Shown: positions 23,401-34,947, counted from the first letter of the stretch. The stretch: 64,000 bases of DNA from Alloascoidea hylecoeti (GCA_001600815.1 BCKZ01000003.1:124001-188000); one strand, 5' to 3'. Numbers and translations: made by a program. Notes: generated by a model from the letters alone, not told the origin.

Positions 23401-23944
23401 TCGTGGCACCGGAACAATTGATGGCGTTTCTATTGCATATGCAATTCTAAAATATCTTCTGATTCGGACTAATTTGTCGAATAATATTATATCTATACCG
23501 TTGATCCTGTTCATAACACATTATCCTGAGCTTTCATCTTTTGAAGCCGAGTTCCCAAAGAGAGTGAAGAACTATCATATGGGATATATTGAGGAAAATG
23601 TTTCAAATGATTTGAGTCCAATTCCTCAAATCACATTTCTGTATACATTAGAAGCAGGAACGGCACATAGATCCTACGGATTAAATGTTGCAAAATTGGC
23701 AGGAATATCTGATGAGGTCATAATTGCTGCACATAAAAAAGCAGAAGCACTTCGTGCAGATATTGAACGGAGAAAAATAATTAATTGGAGTTTTTCCGCC
23801 AAAGAATTATTCAAACAGTTATTAAATTATAATAAACTAGAAGAAGATTCATCTCAGGCTTTTAGTAATGATGGTAATCACGAGCTTTATTTGCTCAGGG
23901 ATAACTTAAAGGCGTTATTTGATGTTGTTAATGACCATTCATAA
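20451..23944 (+). CDS. MSH3: MutS homolog 3, 3 exons (20451-22445, 22525-23207, 23275-23944), ~1115 aa
   Basis: N-terminal PIP box QTTLSHFF, Msh3-type mismatch domain (QVGYKYKFFG, not the Msh6 GxFYE), Walker A ITGPNMGGKS, FTRMGA across intron 2, and IILDEIGRGT. Introns are GTAAGA...TAG; 3348 nt in frame. Confidence 0.95.
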
Positions 23945-24463
23945 TATTATAATATGCGATCTCAAATATTGAGCTCAATTAAGGAAAAGGAGATATTTCT
24001 CTCCACAAGAAGAAACAGTTTAAGTGGACGAATCTTATGTGAGTCTGGAGATCATTTGATGCAATTTAGTATATATTCAATTTATTGTTTACGTTTATAG
24101 TAATTATTGGCTGGGTTGCTTTAAGAAAGTTGTGATCCATGTGATTTCATGCATGCACTTTCCGGAAAAACTTTTGCGTAGAGTCCATAAATACATAAAT
24201 AATGCACCATGTATTTACTGGGGAAATTTTTCCGTCTTAACTACTGCTATCCTGTTCTTCTTCTTCTTCTTCTCCACTCCTCTTCTTTATCAGAAACACC
24301 GATATTATAGAAAAATATACAATCGCTATTCATATACTACACATATACAAAGTCAGACTCGTTATATATTCAATTATTCAACTATATACTTTATTACTTT
24401 TATTATTCAACAGACTATCATTTACCCGAGACTCCTATTTTGCTCGATCACTATAGAGTAAAA

Positions 24464-26096
24464 ATGACACCATCCAAAGATATTAGGAAACCACTGTCTG
24501 ATTTAGAATCATGGCCAATTTCTTTTGATCGCCATATGATTCCTGCCCTATGCAAATACAAATTGGTATGCCAATATTTATAGCTTATTTAAGATGATTC
24601 CCCATTCAATAGTATCACTATATACGAGTATATAGAAGGATATAATACTAACATGATACTTTCGTTTCAGGGCAAAGCATTGGGCGAAGGAACCTACTCC
24701 ACAGTCAGGGAAGCAATACATATTAAAACTAAAAGGTAAAAGCTTATAATCATAATTAAAGTTTGCTATCGCCATTTTCGGGTGTATGTTACTAATAAGC
24801 TATTTTGTAGGAAATATTGTTTGAAAATAATTAAAAAGAAGTCAATGAAGAATAGAGAATTCATGGTTCAAAATGAATTCGCAGTCTTGAAACATCTTTC
24901 TATGTGCCATCGAAATATCCTAACTCTTTTGGATTGTTTTGACACAACTAATAATAGTAAGTTTTTGAAAATATATGAGTTTCACTTATCTTATACATAT
25001 ATGCTAACAATGTTGCTATTAAATAGTTTATCTTGTAACTGATCTTGCTTCTGGTGGTGACTTATATGACAAAATTGTCGAAAAGGGAAAACTCGCAGAA
25101 ACCGATGGAGCTCGTATAATTAAGTCTATGGCTGATGCACTTGAGTATCTTCATGAGAAAGGAATCGTTCATCGAGATTTAAAGCCTGAGAATATTCTCT
25201 TCAAAAACAAGAATCCTGATTCGGATATTTTAATCGCTGATTTTGGGTTAGCAGTCAAAATTGATACTGATGAGGAAAGTTCCTTATCTATGATCTGTGG
25301 CTCACAACTCTATATGGCACCTGAAATATTGTTAAAAAAAGGATATGGTAAGCCAATAGATGTTTGGGCTATTGGTGTTATTTCATATTTTATTCTCGGT
25401 GGTTACACCCCTTTCCAACGTGATACAGTATCTGAGGAAGTTAAGGCTGTAAAGAAAGGTGAATGGGAATTCGATGAAGGGTATTGGGATGACGTATCCG
25501 ATATTGCAAAAGATTTTATCAGAAACTGTTTAATTTATGAAGCAAAAGATAGAATCAAATCAAATAAGTTTGGATCACATCCATTTTTAAATTTTGATGA
25601 GGATGATATGATTCCCACTCCTAGTACCGAAGTAGAAGAAGAAATATTAACATTTCCCGAATCTTTTCCTTCCTTCGATAAAAGTAAGCCTCAGAGTAAA
25701 TTTTATATTACCGATGAAGATATTAAGATTCATAATTCATACAGACTTGGCTCCAATAAAATGCGAATGCACCAGTTAAGCTCCAAATTTGAGAGCAAAA
25801 CTTCTGAGCATATCGAAATGATCGAAAATGTGGAAAATTCAGTTCCAGATCTTCTCTCAAATTCCTCTTCTGTGGTGTCCCTCATTGAGTATTGCAGAAA
25901 GGAACTTGCTACGGATCCTAATCTTTTGATGAATGGTGGCTTTACTATAACTCCCTCTGAGTCTCTAGCTAATTCAAGAGTGGGTTCAAGAGTTGGTTCA
26001 AGAGTTGGTTCAAGAGTTGGTTCAAGAGCAGGTTCCAGAAGAGGTTCATTTTCTTTGCAACCCCTTTCATCATCTAAAGGAGTTAATAAGAATTAA
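24464..26096 (+). CDS. CaMK1-family Ser/Thr protein kinase, 4 exons (24464-24565, 24671-24735, 24811-24956, 25027-26096), ~460 aa
   Basis: Spliced model restores CKYKL-GKALGEGTYSTV, the catalytic Lys region (YCLKII), YLVTDLASGGDLYDKI, HRDLKPEN, IADFG and YMAPE; 1383 nt in frame. Confidence 0.9.
25974..26048 (+). repeat. Coding 12-bp tandem repeat (TCAAGAGTTGGT) encoding (SRVG)4-SRAG-SRRGS
   Basis: Read directly in the kinase C-terminal tail. Confidence 0.9.
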
Positions 26097-26393
26097 AGGA
26101 TGTTTTTACGAATAATGATATTTGTATTCTCTGTGATAATAATAATTTATAACTATTGATCATAAGTAATATTAATTAATGACATTAGCAAGACTATTAG
26201 AATTTTGACTTTGTTTTATATGAATTTATGAATGTTTTATAGACCCTTTAATGAAATATATATGATAATATTAATTATGATTATTTAATTGATTTTTGTA
26301 GGTAAAAACACAAGATATTCTACAGGACAATCCGTATTGTAAAAAGTCCAATGCTGTTACTTACCACACTTCATTTTAACTACCATATACCAA

Positions 26394-27104
26394 ATGATCC
26401 ACTCTGTGTTAATATGTGAGTCTATATGAGATAATATTACTATTTCCATGCTATCCTAACAATTCACTCAGTCAACAATGATGGCATGCCTCGACTGATT
26501 AAGTTTTACAGTCCGGTCGACATACCAACACAGCAGCTTCTTCTCAAGCAGGTCCACCAACTGGTTTCTCAACGAAAGGACAGGGAATGCAGTTTTCTAA
26601 CACCACCACCATTACTAGACGGACTTGATGATATTAGAGTAATATACAGACATTATGCGACTCTGTATTTTGTCTTTGTTGTTGATGAACAAGAGAGCGA
26701 ATTGGGAATATTGGATTTAATTCAGGTGTTTGTTGAGTGTCTAGATAACTGTTTTGAAAATGTTTGCGAGTTGGATTTAGTTTTTGGATGGCAGGTACTT
26801 GAAACAGTTTTGGAGTGAGTTCATATCAAAAGTAATCTTAAAAAGAGTATATATTAATTTATGTCTATACAGGGAGATAATACAAGGTGGGATGGTAATT
26901 GACACAAGCATGGAAAACATAGTTGAAGTATGTATAAAACACACACGAAGAAGACTTTATGACAAATTTCTAACTAGTATATTTAAGGCTGTTGATAGGG
27001 CAAATCGTACTCAAGCGTCTTCAGGACGAAGCGTGGCAAGTGGTGTTACTAGTGCTTTCCAATCGTTAGCTGCTCAAAGTAGGATTTCATGGCCAGGTCG
27101 ATAA
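26394..27104 (+). CDS. APS3: AP-3 adaptor complex sigma subunit, 4 exons (26394-26415, 26472-26814, 26873-26927, 26988-27104), ~178 aa
   Basis: MIHSVLIFNNDGMPRLIKFY, IYRHYATLYFVFVVDEQESELGILDLIQVFVE and EIIQGGMVIDT; the spliced model is 537 nt in frame. Confidence 0.93.
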
Positions 27105-27298
27105 ATCAATATTACAGATTAGATCTAGCAGAACGAAGTCATATAAATGTATCATCAATTCAAATCATATCCATATAAGTAACATTTATATACATGAGAT
27201 AGATACATACAGATTAAACTTGTTATAATATTTCTTTTCTGACTCAACATTAACTTGGCTTATTTCGTTAGTTCAAAGCCCCTTCGAAACGATGTAGG

Positions 27299-27688
27299 CT
27301 ACTTTTTTGATTCATTAACAATATCCAAATCTTGTTTCATCTTTTCTACCCTTTCTTTCGATTTTCGTTCTGCCTCAGCTTTTAGATATGCTTCTTTTAT
27401 ATTTGTATCATTTCGTTGTTCCCATGGTGCTTTAATATCGGCAGTCATCCAAGCTGGATCATTACTAGCAGCTGTTTTTTTCACCTTCTCCATCAATTCC
27501 CAATGCTCAGCAATTCTCATTTCTCTCTCTCTATAATACTGTTCCCTTAATTCTGGAGATAGCTTTGCTATCATTTGTTCCTTTGTAGGTGTAGTATATT
27601 TAAATAGAAGTACACCAGAACCGATGATTGCTATTCCAACGCCCCATACTCGAGACCACCGCGTTAAAACTGAAAACCCTGTAGACAT
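27299..27688 (-). CDS. CBP4: Cytochrome bc1 (complex III) assembly factor Cbp4, 129 aa
   Basis: Single TM followed by GVLLFKYTTPTKEQMIAKLSPELR...SNDPAW, the Cbp4 family pattern. Confidence 0.88.
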   Translation of the reverse strand: MSTGFSVLTRWSRVWGVGIAIIGSGVLLFKYTTPTKEQMIAKLSPELREQYYREREMRIAEHWELMEKVKKTAASNDPAWMTADIKAPWEQRNDTNIKEAYLKAEAERKSKERVEKMKQDLDIVNESKK

Positions 27689-27768
27689 TGTTTTTAAACA
27701 AATTTGATAATTGTTTGAAAGGATTAGCGATGCTTTGGTTGGGGCTTTTTTTCTTTTTTAGATTGTGG

Positions 27769-27790
27769 CCAATGATGGTGTAGTTAGTAA
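27769..27790. promoter_or_regulatory. Candidate bipartite CCAAT-N10-TTAGTAA (CBC + Yap-response element) upstream of CBP4
   Basis: CCAAT at 27769-27773 and TTAGTAA (reverse complement TTACTAA) at 27784-27790, 80-100 bp upstream of the CBP4 ATG. Confidence 0.45.
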
Positions 27791-28252
27791 TCACAAAAAC
27801 AGGATTATCTAAGCTTACATAGTAATGATTATGTAACAGTACTACAGTTGTGTCACATGACTCATAGACAATTATTATTTTTGTGACATCGCAATTGGGT
27901 AAAATATTTGAATCTCATCAAGAAAGACCAGAGGCTAGGAATTCCCATAAGTATTATTATTTCATAGCTGATGAATGAGCAGCACCTAAAATCATTTCAA
28001 TTATAGATATTTATAACAGTATTTAAATAATGTAAAATCATATAAACTCGTAATCTAAACTTCCTGTTAACAATATATTAATATCAGTCGATGTCATACA
28101 AAAGGTGTCTCGAATAGTATAGTATAATAAATTTTAAATAAAAATGAATGCGATATGCTATTTATAAAAAATGACACAAATGAATTTCTGGCTTTCAAGC
28201 CTTTTAGCATTATAATTAGCTGTATATAGCACTTTTTCTGAACACCGTGGGA

Positions 28253-29527
28253 TTACTCATTTGATCCATAACTTTGTACTCCATTTTCACCTGAAATATG
28301 TGAATCTCCACCATTAGCAGCGACGCTCTCATTTAATAAGTTTGTGAGAGAGTTCGAGTGGATTTTAATATTTTCTTTCATTTTCTGAAGCTTCTCAATT
28401 TTTGCAAGTCTTCTCTTTTGCCATTTCAAAGGGATTATAGGTATTCTCCCTGTCTTCTCTTCAATGTATATAAACCAAATAATAGTTATCATGACAGCCC
28501 AATACAAACAATATGAAATGACTGATGCATATGTGCCTGTATTATTCCAGCCTAGTAATGCGTTGAAGATCATCCACCCACCATCAGTTTGACCGTTACA
28601 ACAATTGACGTGCCAAAGAGCTTTTGATATGTCATAACTTCCGTTACCAGACCCAGTTTCACTAGTATCTTGACCACACTTTTGGACAAATAATTCAAGC
28701 TCGTAGAACCAGACACCTCTAGAAAACAATCCAGCAGCGACAAGATATAAAAAGGATGTTGAAGCGACCAAGAAAATCTGTAATGACATTGAATTTCCAC
28801 CCTTATATAAACTGACGCCAATAATAGATCCAAGAGCTAAAGCAGAAATAATGGCCAAAGGAAAGGCAGTAAAAGGTTGATTGACACCAATACCCCCTAC
28901 AAACACAACAGCTTCTAACCCTTCTCTCAAAGTAGTTACAAAAGGTAGAATTCCCATGGCGTATTTCCGACTTTGAATATGGGTCCAGTGTGATACACGC
29001 TTCCAAAGAGCTTTTGGTGAATACCCATTATTCTCGGGATCATAGGCATCATCAGTGCCATGCTTGGAATTTAACATCGTATGTGCAAGTTTAATTCTCC
29101 ATTTCTCTTTCATTTTATTTATCCTTAAAAGAGCTAAGCCCATTACAGAGATGATGACTGAGGATATAATGGAAAAAATAGCTTCCCAAATACGTTCAGT
29201 CTTTGACCAAATATCATTTCCGATCACATAGAAGATCATAATGAAGATTCCACCAATAACCATACATATAACGAGACCCAATATTCCACCGATCCAAATC
29301 TGCCAACGTAATTTGTTAGCAAGAACCTTTTCATCGATGAGTGAGTTTTCGGTGGATCGATTCTCTAACAGAGAGACTTCCGATTCAGATCTACCAGCAT
29401 CCCTTTTATCATTTAAGCCCTGGTTGAGAAATGATAATAGAACAGAGATAATAATGGCACTTTCGATTGTTTCACGGAGGATTATAAAGAAAATCTGGAC
29501 AGAAAAGTAGTCCTCCCAAGAAGCCAT
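28253..29527 (-). CDS. FTH1: FTR1-family iron permease, vacuolar Fth1 type, 424 aa
   Basis: Two RExxE motifs (LRETIE, LREGLE); N-terminus EDYFSVQIFFIILRE and GSYDI..LWHVNCCNG resemble Fth1 more than Ftr1. Confidence 0.88.
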   Translation of the reverse strand: MASWEDYFSVQIFFIILRETIESAIIISVLLSFLNQGLNDKRDAGRSESEVSLLENRSTENSLIDEKVLANKLRWQIWIGGILGLVICMVIGGIFIMIFYVIGNDIWSKTERIWEAIFSIISSVIISVMGLALLRINKMKEKWRIKLAHTMLNSKHGTDDAYDPENNGYSPKALWKRVSHWTHIQSRKYAMGILPFVTTLREGLEAVVFVGGIGVNQPFTAFPLAIISALALGSIIGVSLYKGGNSMSLQIFLVASTSFLYLVAAGLFSRGVWFYELELFVQKCGQDTSETGSGNGSYDISKALWHVNCCNGQTDGGWMIFNALLGWNNTGTYASVISYCLYWAVMITIIWFIYIEEKTGRIPIIPLKWQKRRLAKIEKLQKMKENIKIHSNSLTNLLNESVAANGGDSHISGENGVQSYGSNE

Positions 29528-30700
29528 CTCGAGCGTGTTTTATTTATATAAAAGTAAAAATTGCTGTGGCCAAAAGGAAAAAAAAAGAAAGTGATCCTTG
29601 AAAGAGTTTAGAAAAAGAAAATTAAGAAATCTGACTCTGTCCAAGGCTTCAACCTTCAACTGCACTCTGTAAATTTATACTTTCTTTTATGCTTTAAAAT
29701 TCATATCATGTTAATTATATTTATTTATGACATATTTATCGGAATTTCGAGCTGTTCTTTTGTATTAATTAAGTAATCGCAAATTCGCACTTATACATGG
29801 CTTAAAATTAATTAATTTTACTTTATGCGTTAACGTTAACACAATTGGTGTTAGAAAAAATAGAATAATGCTGATGATTTTAGGAGAAGTATTTATGAAT
29901 CTATAGCAGATACTTTATATAATGTGATCCTTATTCGGGATTTACGAGCTTTTTCACTGGTACTCACTTAGTAATCCAATGAATCTTTATCTTTATAAGT
30001 TCATATATTCTGATTATTAGATCAAGGGTTTTGACGATGTGAATGTAGACTCATTAATGTTGTAACTGAGAACAATCGAACCATTATAATAATGATTATA
30101 AAAGACTCTATACAGCCATTTCACTTAATATCACCCATTAATAAGTCTTTAGCTGGTTTTTAGTCGAATATAGCTGTATATATTTATTTAGATGAAGTTT
30201 AAAAAGTTATTTTGGAATTTATTATTAGCTATATATAGCCTAGTTTTGCCTATTTAAACTTCCCACTTCATTGCAATCAGGAGAATGAAACATTTTTTAC
30301 ACAGCGAATTATGCCGTAAAATTACACGAACTGTTCTTGTATTCCATGATTATTTTGTTTAGTTCACAACTGTAATCGCATTCCTCAATGAAATTGTGCT
30401 GTTAAAGCGCACAAATTGATCTTTATCATATGTGTAAAATGGACTTTTAACTTACTCGTTTAATTCTTATAACCGGTACTGCCGTTAGTACCGTGTATTG
30501 CCGCTCGTTCAATTTTATGTACTAGACTTTATATAAGGTGTATATTATATGATATAGGCCTATATTAAATATTTTAGTTTCTATATATGTATAAGATAAC
30601 TGAAACAATAATCAATGATAACTCTAGAGATTTAAACAATAAAATCAGAAATTAAACGGTATACGTATAGAGATTATAAACAGACATCAAAATTTTAAAC

Positions 30701-32095
30701 TCAAAATTCTGACCATATGTACGGGAAAATAACATAGCATGCAGTATATAAAGTCATAAACATTTGAAAAAATGCCAATGGAAATCCCAAAATTCCTTTT
30801 TCGGCAAAGTTGAGATAAATGGAGTAAAACGCAACGCTAAAGAAATGATACACTAAACTTGAAGGACTTTGTAACACACCCGATAATAATGAAACCGGAC
30901 CATTGATACATTCACCCCCAAGTTGGAAATATTTGAAGCAACCTTTTTGTAATATTTCCAAGTATGGATCATCTGCGGCAAATAAAGCAAATAAAGCAAA
31001 GGAGAGAATATTTATCACTGAAGCATATTTCTTGCGTTCCCAATGGAAGGTTTGTAGAGTTGATAACACCAAATCCGTGTTACTAAAATTGGGGATTTCT
31101 CTTAATAGAGTTGTGACAGTAACAGCATCGTTGAAGGCAACTGTCATTCCTCCGCCTGTAAGAGGATGTCTCATATTAAGAGAATCACCAATAAAAAGCA
31201 TACCCGGAGTCTTATTACAAACAGCGGGAAGAAATGAATTTGGCATGGATCGATAGTTATTTTCATCAACCGCTTTTGAAAAAGAGGATTGTAACTGAGC
31301 TGGTAAATTTGGCAAAACTGAAGTTTCTAAATATTTCTTCAGTTCACCTGAAGATTGAGAAGGTAACTTTTCACTTCTAATTGAACATAATATTCTTGTA
31401 TCATGTTTACTGATTTGATAAACGAGAACCGGTGCTTCGTCACTAAGTATTACATGCCCATGATAAGGTGCAGGCATATCAGCATCCGTTAGTTGCAAAG
31501 CAACAAAATGTGATCCAACCTTTGGTGTTTTTGGAAGGTACTGTTTCCTGAATTTTGAGAATATACCATCACACATAACGGTCAAATCAGCTTTGACAGT
31601 AAACCTTTTCTTTTCCTTTTCATTGGATGATGAGCACTCTACACCAATTATGGTATCATTTATAGGATCCTTAATAGCTTTTGTAACTGTTGCTTCAATG
31701 GGTGTGATATGAGGATGCTCTACACAGTATTTCCTCAAATTTGAAATAAATGCACCATGATGGAAAGAAACACCCTTTTCTCTTTCCTTTTGAGATCCAT
31801 TTTTTAATGGATAAGGAATATTAACTGATTTCCCATGATATAATATCTGATATCCATATACCGGCTGCCCATCGATACCTTCTAGTGCTTTTTCCATGCC
31901 CACTTTTTCTAGCGCTTTCACCCCACCAGGCTGCAGCAACTCCCCAACAATTCTGTCAGGTTGCTTCCAATCTCTTTCCACGATAGCAACTTTTCGTCCC
32001 TGATTTGCAAAAGCGACAGCAACCACGGGTCCAATCACTCCTGCTCCAACTACCACAACGTCATATTTTTCTGGCAAACTTCTAGTAGTTGACAT
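30701..32095 (-). CDS. ERG1: Squalene epoxidase, ~464 aa
   Basis: FAD-binding VVVGAGVIG, PDRIVGELLQPGG, CDGIFSKFR and GDSLNMRHPLTGGGMTV; ATG at 32095. Confidence 0.97.
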   Translation of the reverse strand: MSTTRSLPEKYDVVVVGAGVIGPVVAVAFANQGRKVAIVERDWKQPDRIVGELLQPGGVKALEKVGMEKALEGIDGQPVYGYQILYHGKSVNIPYPLKNGSQKEREKGVSFHHGAFISNLRKYCVEHPHITPIEATVTKAIKDPINDTIIGVECSSSNEKEKKRFTVKADLTVMCDGIFSKFRKQYLPKTPKVGSHFVALQLTDADMPAPYHGHVILSDEAPVLVYQISKHDTRILCSIRSEKLPSQSSGELKKYLETSVLPNLPAQLQSSFSKAVDENNYRSMPNSFLPAVCNKTPGMLFIGDSLNMRHPLTGGGMTVAFNDAVTVTTLLREIPNFSNTDLVLSTLQTFHWERKKYASVINILSFALFALFAADDPYLEILQKGCFKYFQLGGECINGPVSLLSGVLQSPSSLVYHFFSVAFYSIYLNFAEKGILGFPLAFFQMFMTLYTACYVIFPYIWSEF

Positions 32096-32312
32096 TTTCA
32101 ATGATATCTATAAGAACGCCCTTTGATACTAACTCTAACTTCCAGCGACCGAGTAAAAAAAGAAAGTGAGCAAACAAATAAACAATAAAGAGAGATTAAC
32201 AATAGGAGTTTTTCAAAGTTTAATTCCGAGATCAACGTCGGAGCAGAATCAAAAATCGGGTGATTTTATTTTTCCATATTTAATTATATCTCTCTGCCAT
32301 TATTATCCAACG

Positions 32313-32372
32313 ATTATGTAATATGCGTGTTACTGATATATTATGTAATATGTCATTACGTGATTATGTAAT
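32313..32372. promoter_or_regulatory. Three ATTATGTAAT copies (TTACATAA bZIP/Yap-type sites) in the ERG1/CTR2 divergent promoter
   Basis: Copies at 32313-32322, 32340-32349 and 32363-32372, plus TTACGTGA at 32356-32363. Confidence 0.5.
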
Positions 32373-32468
32373 GAAATTAGTGCGCCTATTTAGGAAATGA
32401 GTCCTTTATCAAATGTGCTCTTTAGTCCTCCACATCTTCCGTTATAAAAACCCTTATATTCGCTTAAA

Positions 32469-33258
32469 ATGGATCATTCTAATCATCAAATGTCTTCTAC
32501 TGGTATGGATATGCCCATGCCAGGCCACGATCACGATGATATGCCTGCAATGTGTTCTATGAATGTTAGTAAATTCCGGAGATGAGCAAATTAAAGCTCA
32601 AGAAGAAGTGTGGCTTTGACTAACCAAAATATGATACAATGTAGATGCTTTTCACTTGGGACTGGAATAACTTGTGTGTTGTTTTTAGGTGGTGGCATGT
32701 TCAAACTGTTCCAGGTCTCGTTGGAACTTTGATCGCTATAGTTCTCTTAGGAATGGGCTATGAATTCCTCAGATATGTCTCTATCAAACTTGATATAGGT
32801 TCATACAATTTAGGTAAGTTGTTATCATAGTCATTGAGCGATCTCAAGACATGAATACTGATTTTTTTTTTTCATTTCCTACAACTATGTAGAATTACCG
32901 CAACATTCAGAGGATTCAATTCTTGCTAACCCACATGAACAAAATGAAGATTCTGATTCAGCAGCTGTTAGTGGAGGTCTATATGCATTACGTTTTAAGA
33001 AACTCTTGTCATTGAATACAAACACCAAAAAATCTTTATTCTATGCTTTTCAGGTTGGATATTCCTTTTTTCTAATGTAAGTAATTTTTAGTTATAAAGT
33101 TCACTTTTATTCTGCTACCAATATTAATATTAATGTTGGACCATAGGTTGATTTTCATGACCTATAATGGATGGGCAATGCTGGCGATTGTTATAGGCGC
33201 TTTCCTTGGGCATAAACTTTGGGGTTCTAGCGCTGCAAGAGGAATGGCATGTCATTAA
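32469..33258 (+). CDS. CTR2: Ctr-family copper transporter (Ctr2 type), 4 exons (32469-32564, 32645-32813, 32893-33076, 33147-33258), ~186 aa
   Basis: His/Met-rich N-terminus, CSMNMLFTWDWNNLCVVFRWWHV, TM2 MxxxM motif (MLIFMTYNGW) and C-terminal ACH; 561 nt in frame. Mostly missed by the ORF track. Confidence 0.92.
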
Positions 33259-33787
33259 ATTCCCTATATTTAAAATAGATATTGGTTATATAAACCGAAA
33301 GTGAACTTGATTGTCATTCATTATTTGTTCCCACTCTAGTTTTAGTTGTTGCCATATTTTACATAGACCTTAGATGATCTTATACTAGCAAATCATTAAC
33401 ATCATTCAACAACAACTCTTCAGTATGAATTTAATATATATGCATAGTTATGAATGTTTTTATTAATTATTTCCAACAATATGTTATATTGTTTGTACTT
33501 CTAAATGGTTCTTGATAACATTCTTCTACATGTTATCTTCGAATTAAATGATATTCTAGATCAATAATACAATATTTGTATATATATTTTATCTAGTTAA
33601 GGTTATAACTAATAGTATATTATCTATATGATCATGACTATCCAATGAGTTTCTTCTTTCTTTATATTTCTAAATAGCTTAAATTAGTTGTTGAAGTATT
33701 CTTCTCCTAATATTTTCCAAATCAATTACAAGTAAAAGGTTTATTATCTTTTCCTTCCTCGCGACTAATAAATTATAAACAAAAAGT

Positions 33788-34699
33788 TTATTCCTTTAAC
33801 AATTCATATAAATTTCCTAATGATTCAGCATAAAAATCTGGAGTTGAATCTGCATCAGGACCAAGACTTAAAACGGTTTCCTCATTTTCAATACCAGTCA
33901 ATACCATTAGAGTTGCCAAACCACCATTATTACCAAATTTTATATCTGTATTTAATCTATCTCCTACCATAACTGTTTTTTTGGGGTCTAAATGATATTT
34001 GGCTTGAACACAATCCATCATGATTTGGGATGGTTTGCCACAAACGACAGGCTCTCTACCACTTGAGAACATCAATGTCGAAACAACAGTACCAGCACCA
34101 GGAAAAACTTTACCATGTGAAGGGAAAGTTGAATCCATATTCGTAGCGACAAAGATTGTTTTTGGGTTTCTCAATTGTGTTAATCCATGTGCGATTTTCA
34201 AATAGTTAATATATAAATCAAGACCACATACAACAGCACCAATACTAGGATCAATATTTATATTTTCACGATCTTCATCAGTAATATCACGTCTATATTT
34301 TGGATCAGGTCCAATAATAGTTTCTATTCCTGCTAAATTTAATTCATTTGTTAAACCAGATTGTCCAATAACTAAAGCTTTCTTATCTTTTGGAATTTTT
34401 GCAATTTCAGAAACATAAACAGCAGCAGCAAAAGCACTACTAAACATATCATCAATTTTTATTTCAAAACCTAAACTTGCAAATTTTTCAACATAATCCT
34501 GTCTTGATTTCATTGCATTATTTGTAACAAAAATCAATCTTTTATTTAAAGATCTAAGTAATTTTAAAGTATTGATAGCATTTCGAATTGGTGTATTACC
34601 TAACCAAAGAACACCATCACAATCAAATAAAAAGTTTTCATTTGAATCTATGAAACTTTGAGCTTGTTCTTTTGTGGTTATTTTAATTGGTTGAGTCAT
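33788..34699 (-). CDS. PHO13: HAD-IIA p-nitrophenyl/phosphoglycolate phosphatase, ~303 aa
   Basis: FLFDCDGVLW, FVTNN, CGKPS and MVGDRLNTDIKFG motifs; likely ATG at 34699 (MTQPIKIT). Confidence 0.93.
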   Translation of the reverse strand: MTQPIKITTKEQAQSFIDSNENFLFDCDGVLWLGNTPIRNAINTLKLLRSLNKRLIFVTNNAMKSRQDYVEKFASLGFEIKIDDMFSSAFAAAVYVSEIAKIPKDKKALVIGQSGLTNELNLAGIETIIGPDPKYRRDITDEDRENINIDPSIGAVVCGLDLYINYLKIAHGLTQLRNPKTIFVATNMDSTFPSHGKVFPGAGTVVSTLMFSSGREPVVCGKPSQIMMDCVQAKYHLDPKKTVMVGDRLNTDIKFGNNGGLATLMVLTGIENEETVLSLGPDADSTPDFYAESLGNLYELLKE

Positions 34700-34947
34700 A
34701 ACTTTTAGATAGAATGATAGATGTAATGATAAATCTAAAATATAGGTTTTTTGTGTTGTGAGCACCACGTGTGCGTAAAGGAAATTACTAAATTAAGCCA
34801 TTGCAACAATTACAAACAAAAGTTACAATTATTAATGCTACAAAAGGATAAACATCTATGGAATAAATTTCATCAAATTGAATGGTCGTCCATTAAATAC
34901 GTATTTCATATAAAAAGTTTTACAAAATGTAGCTAAATTAAACAAAA

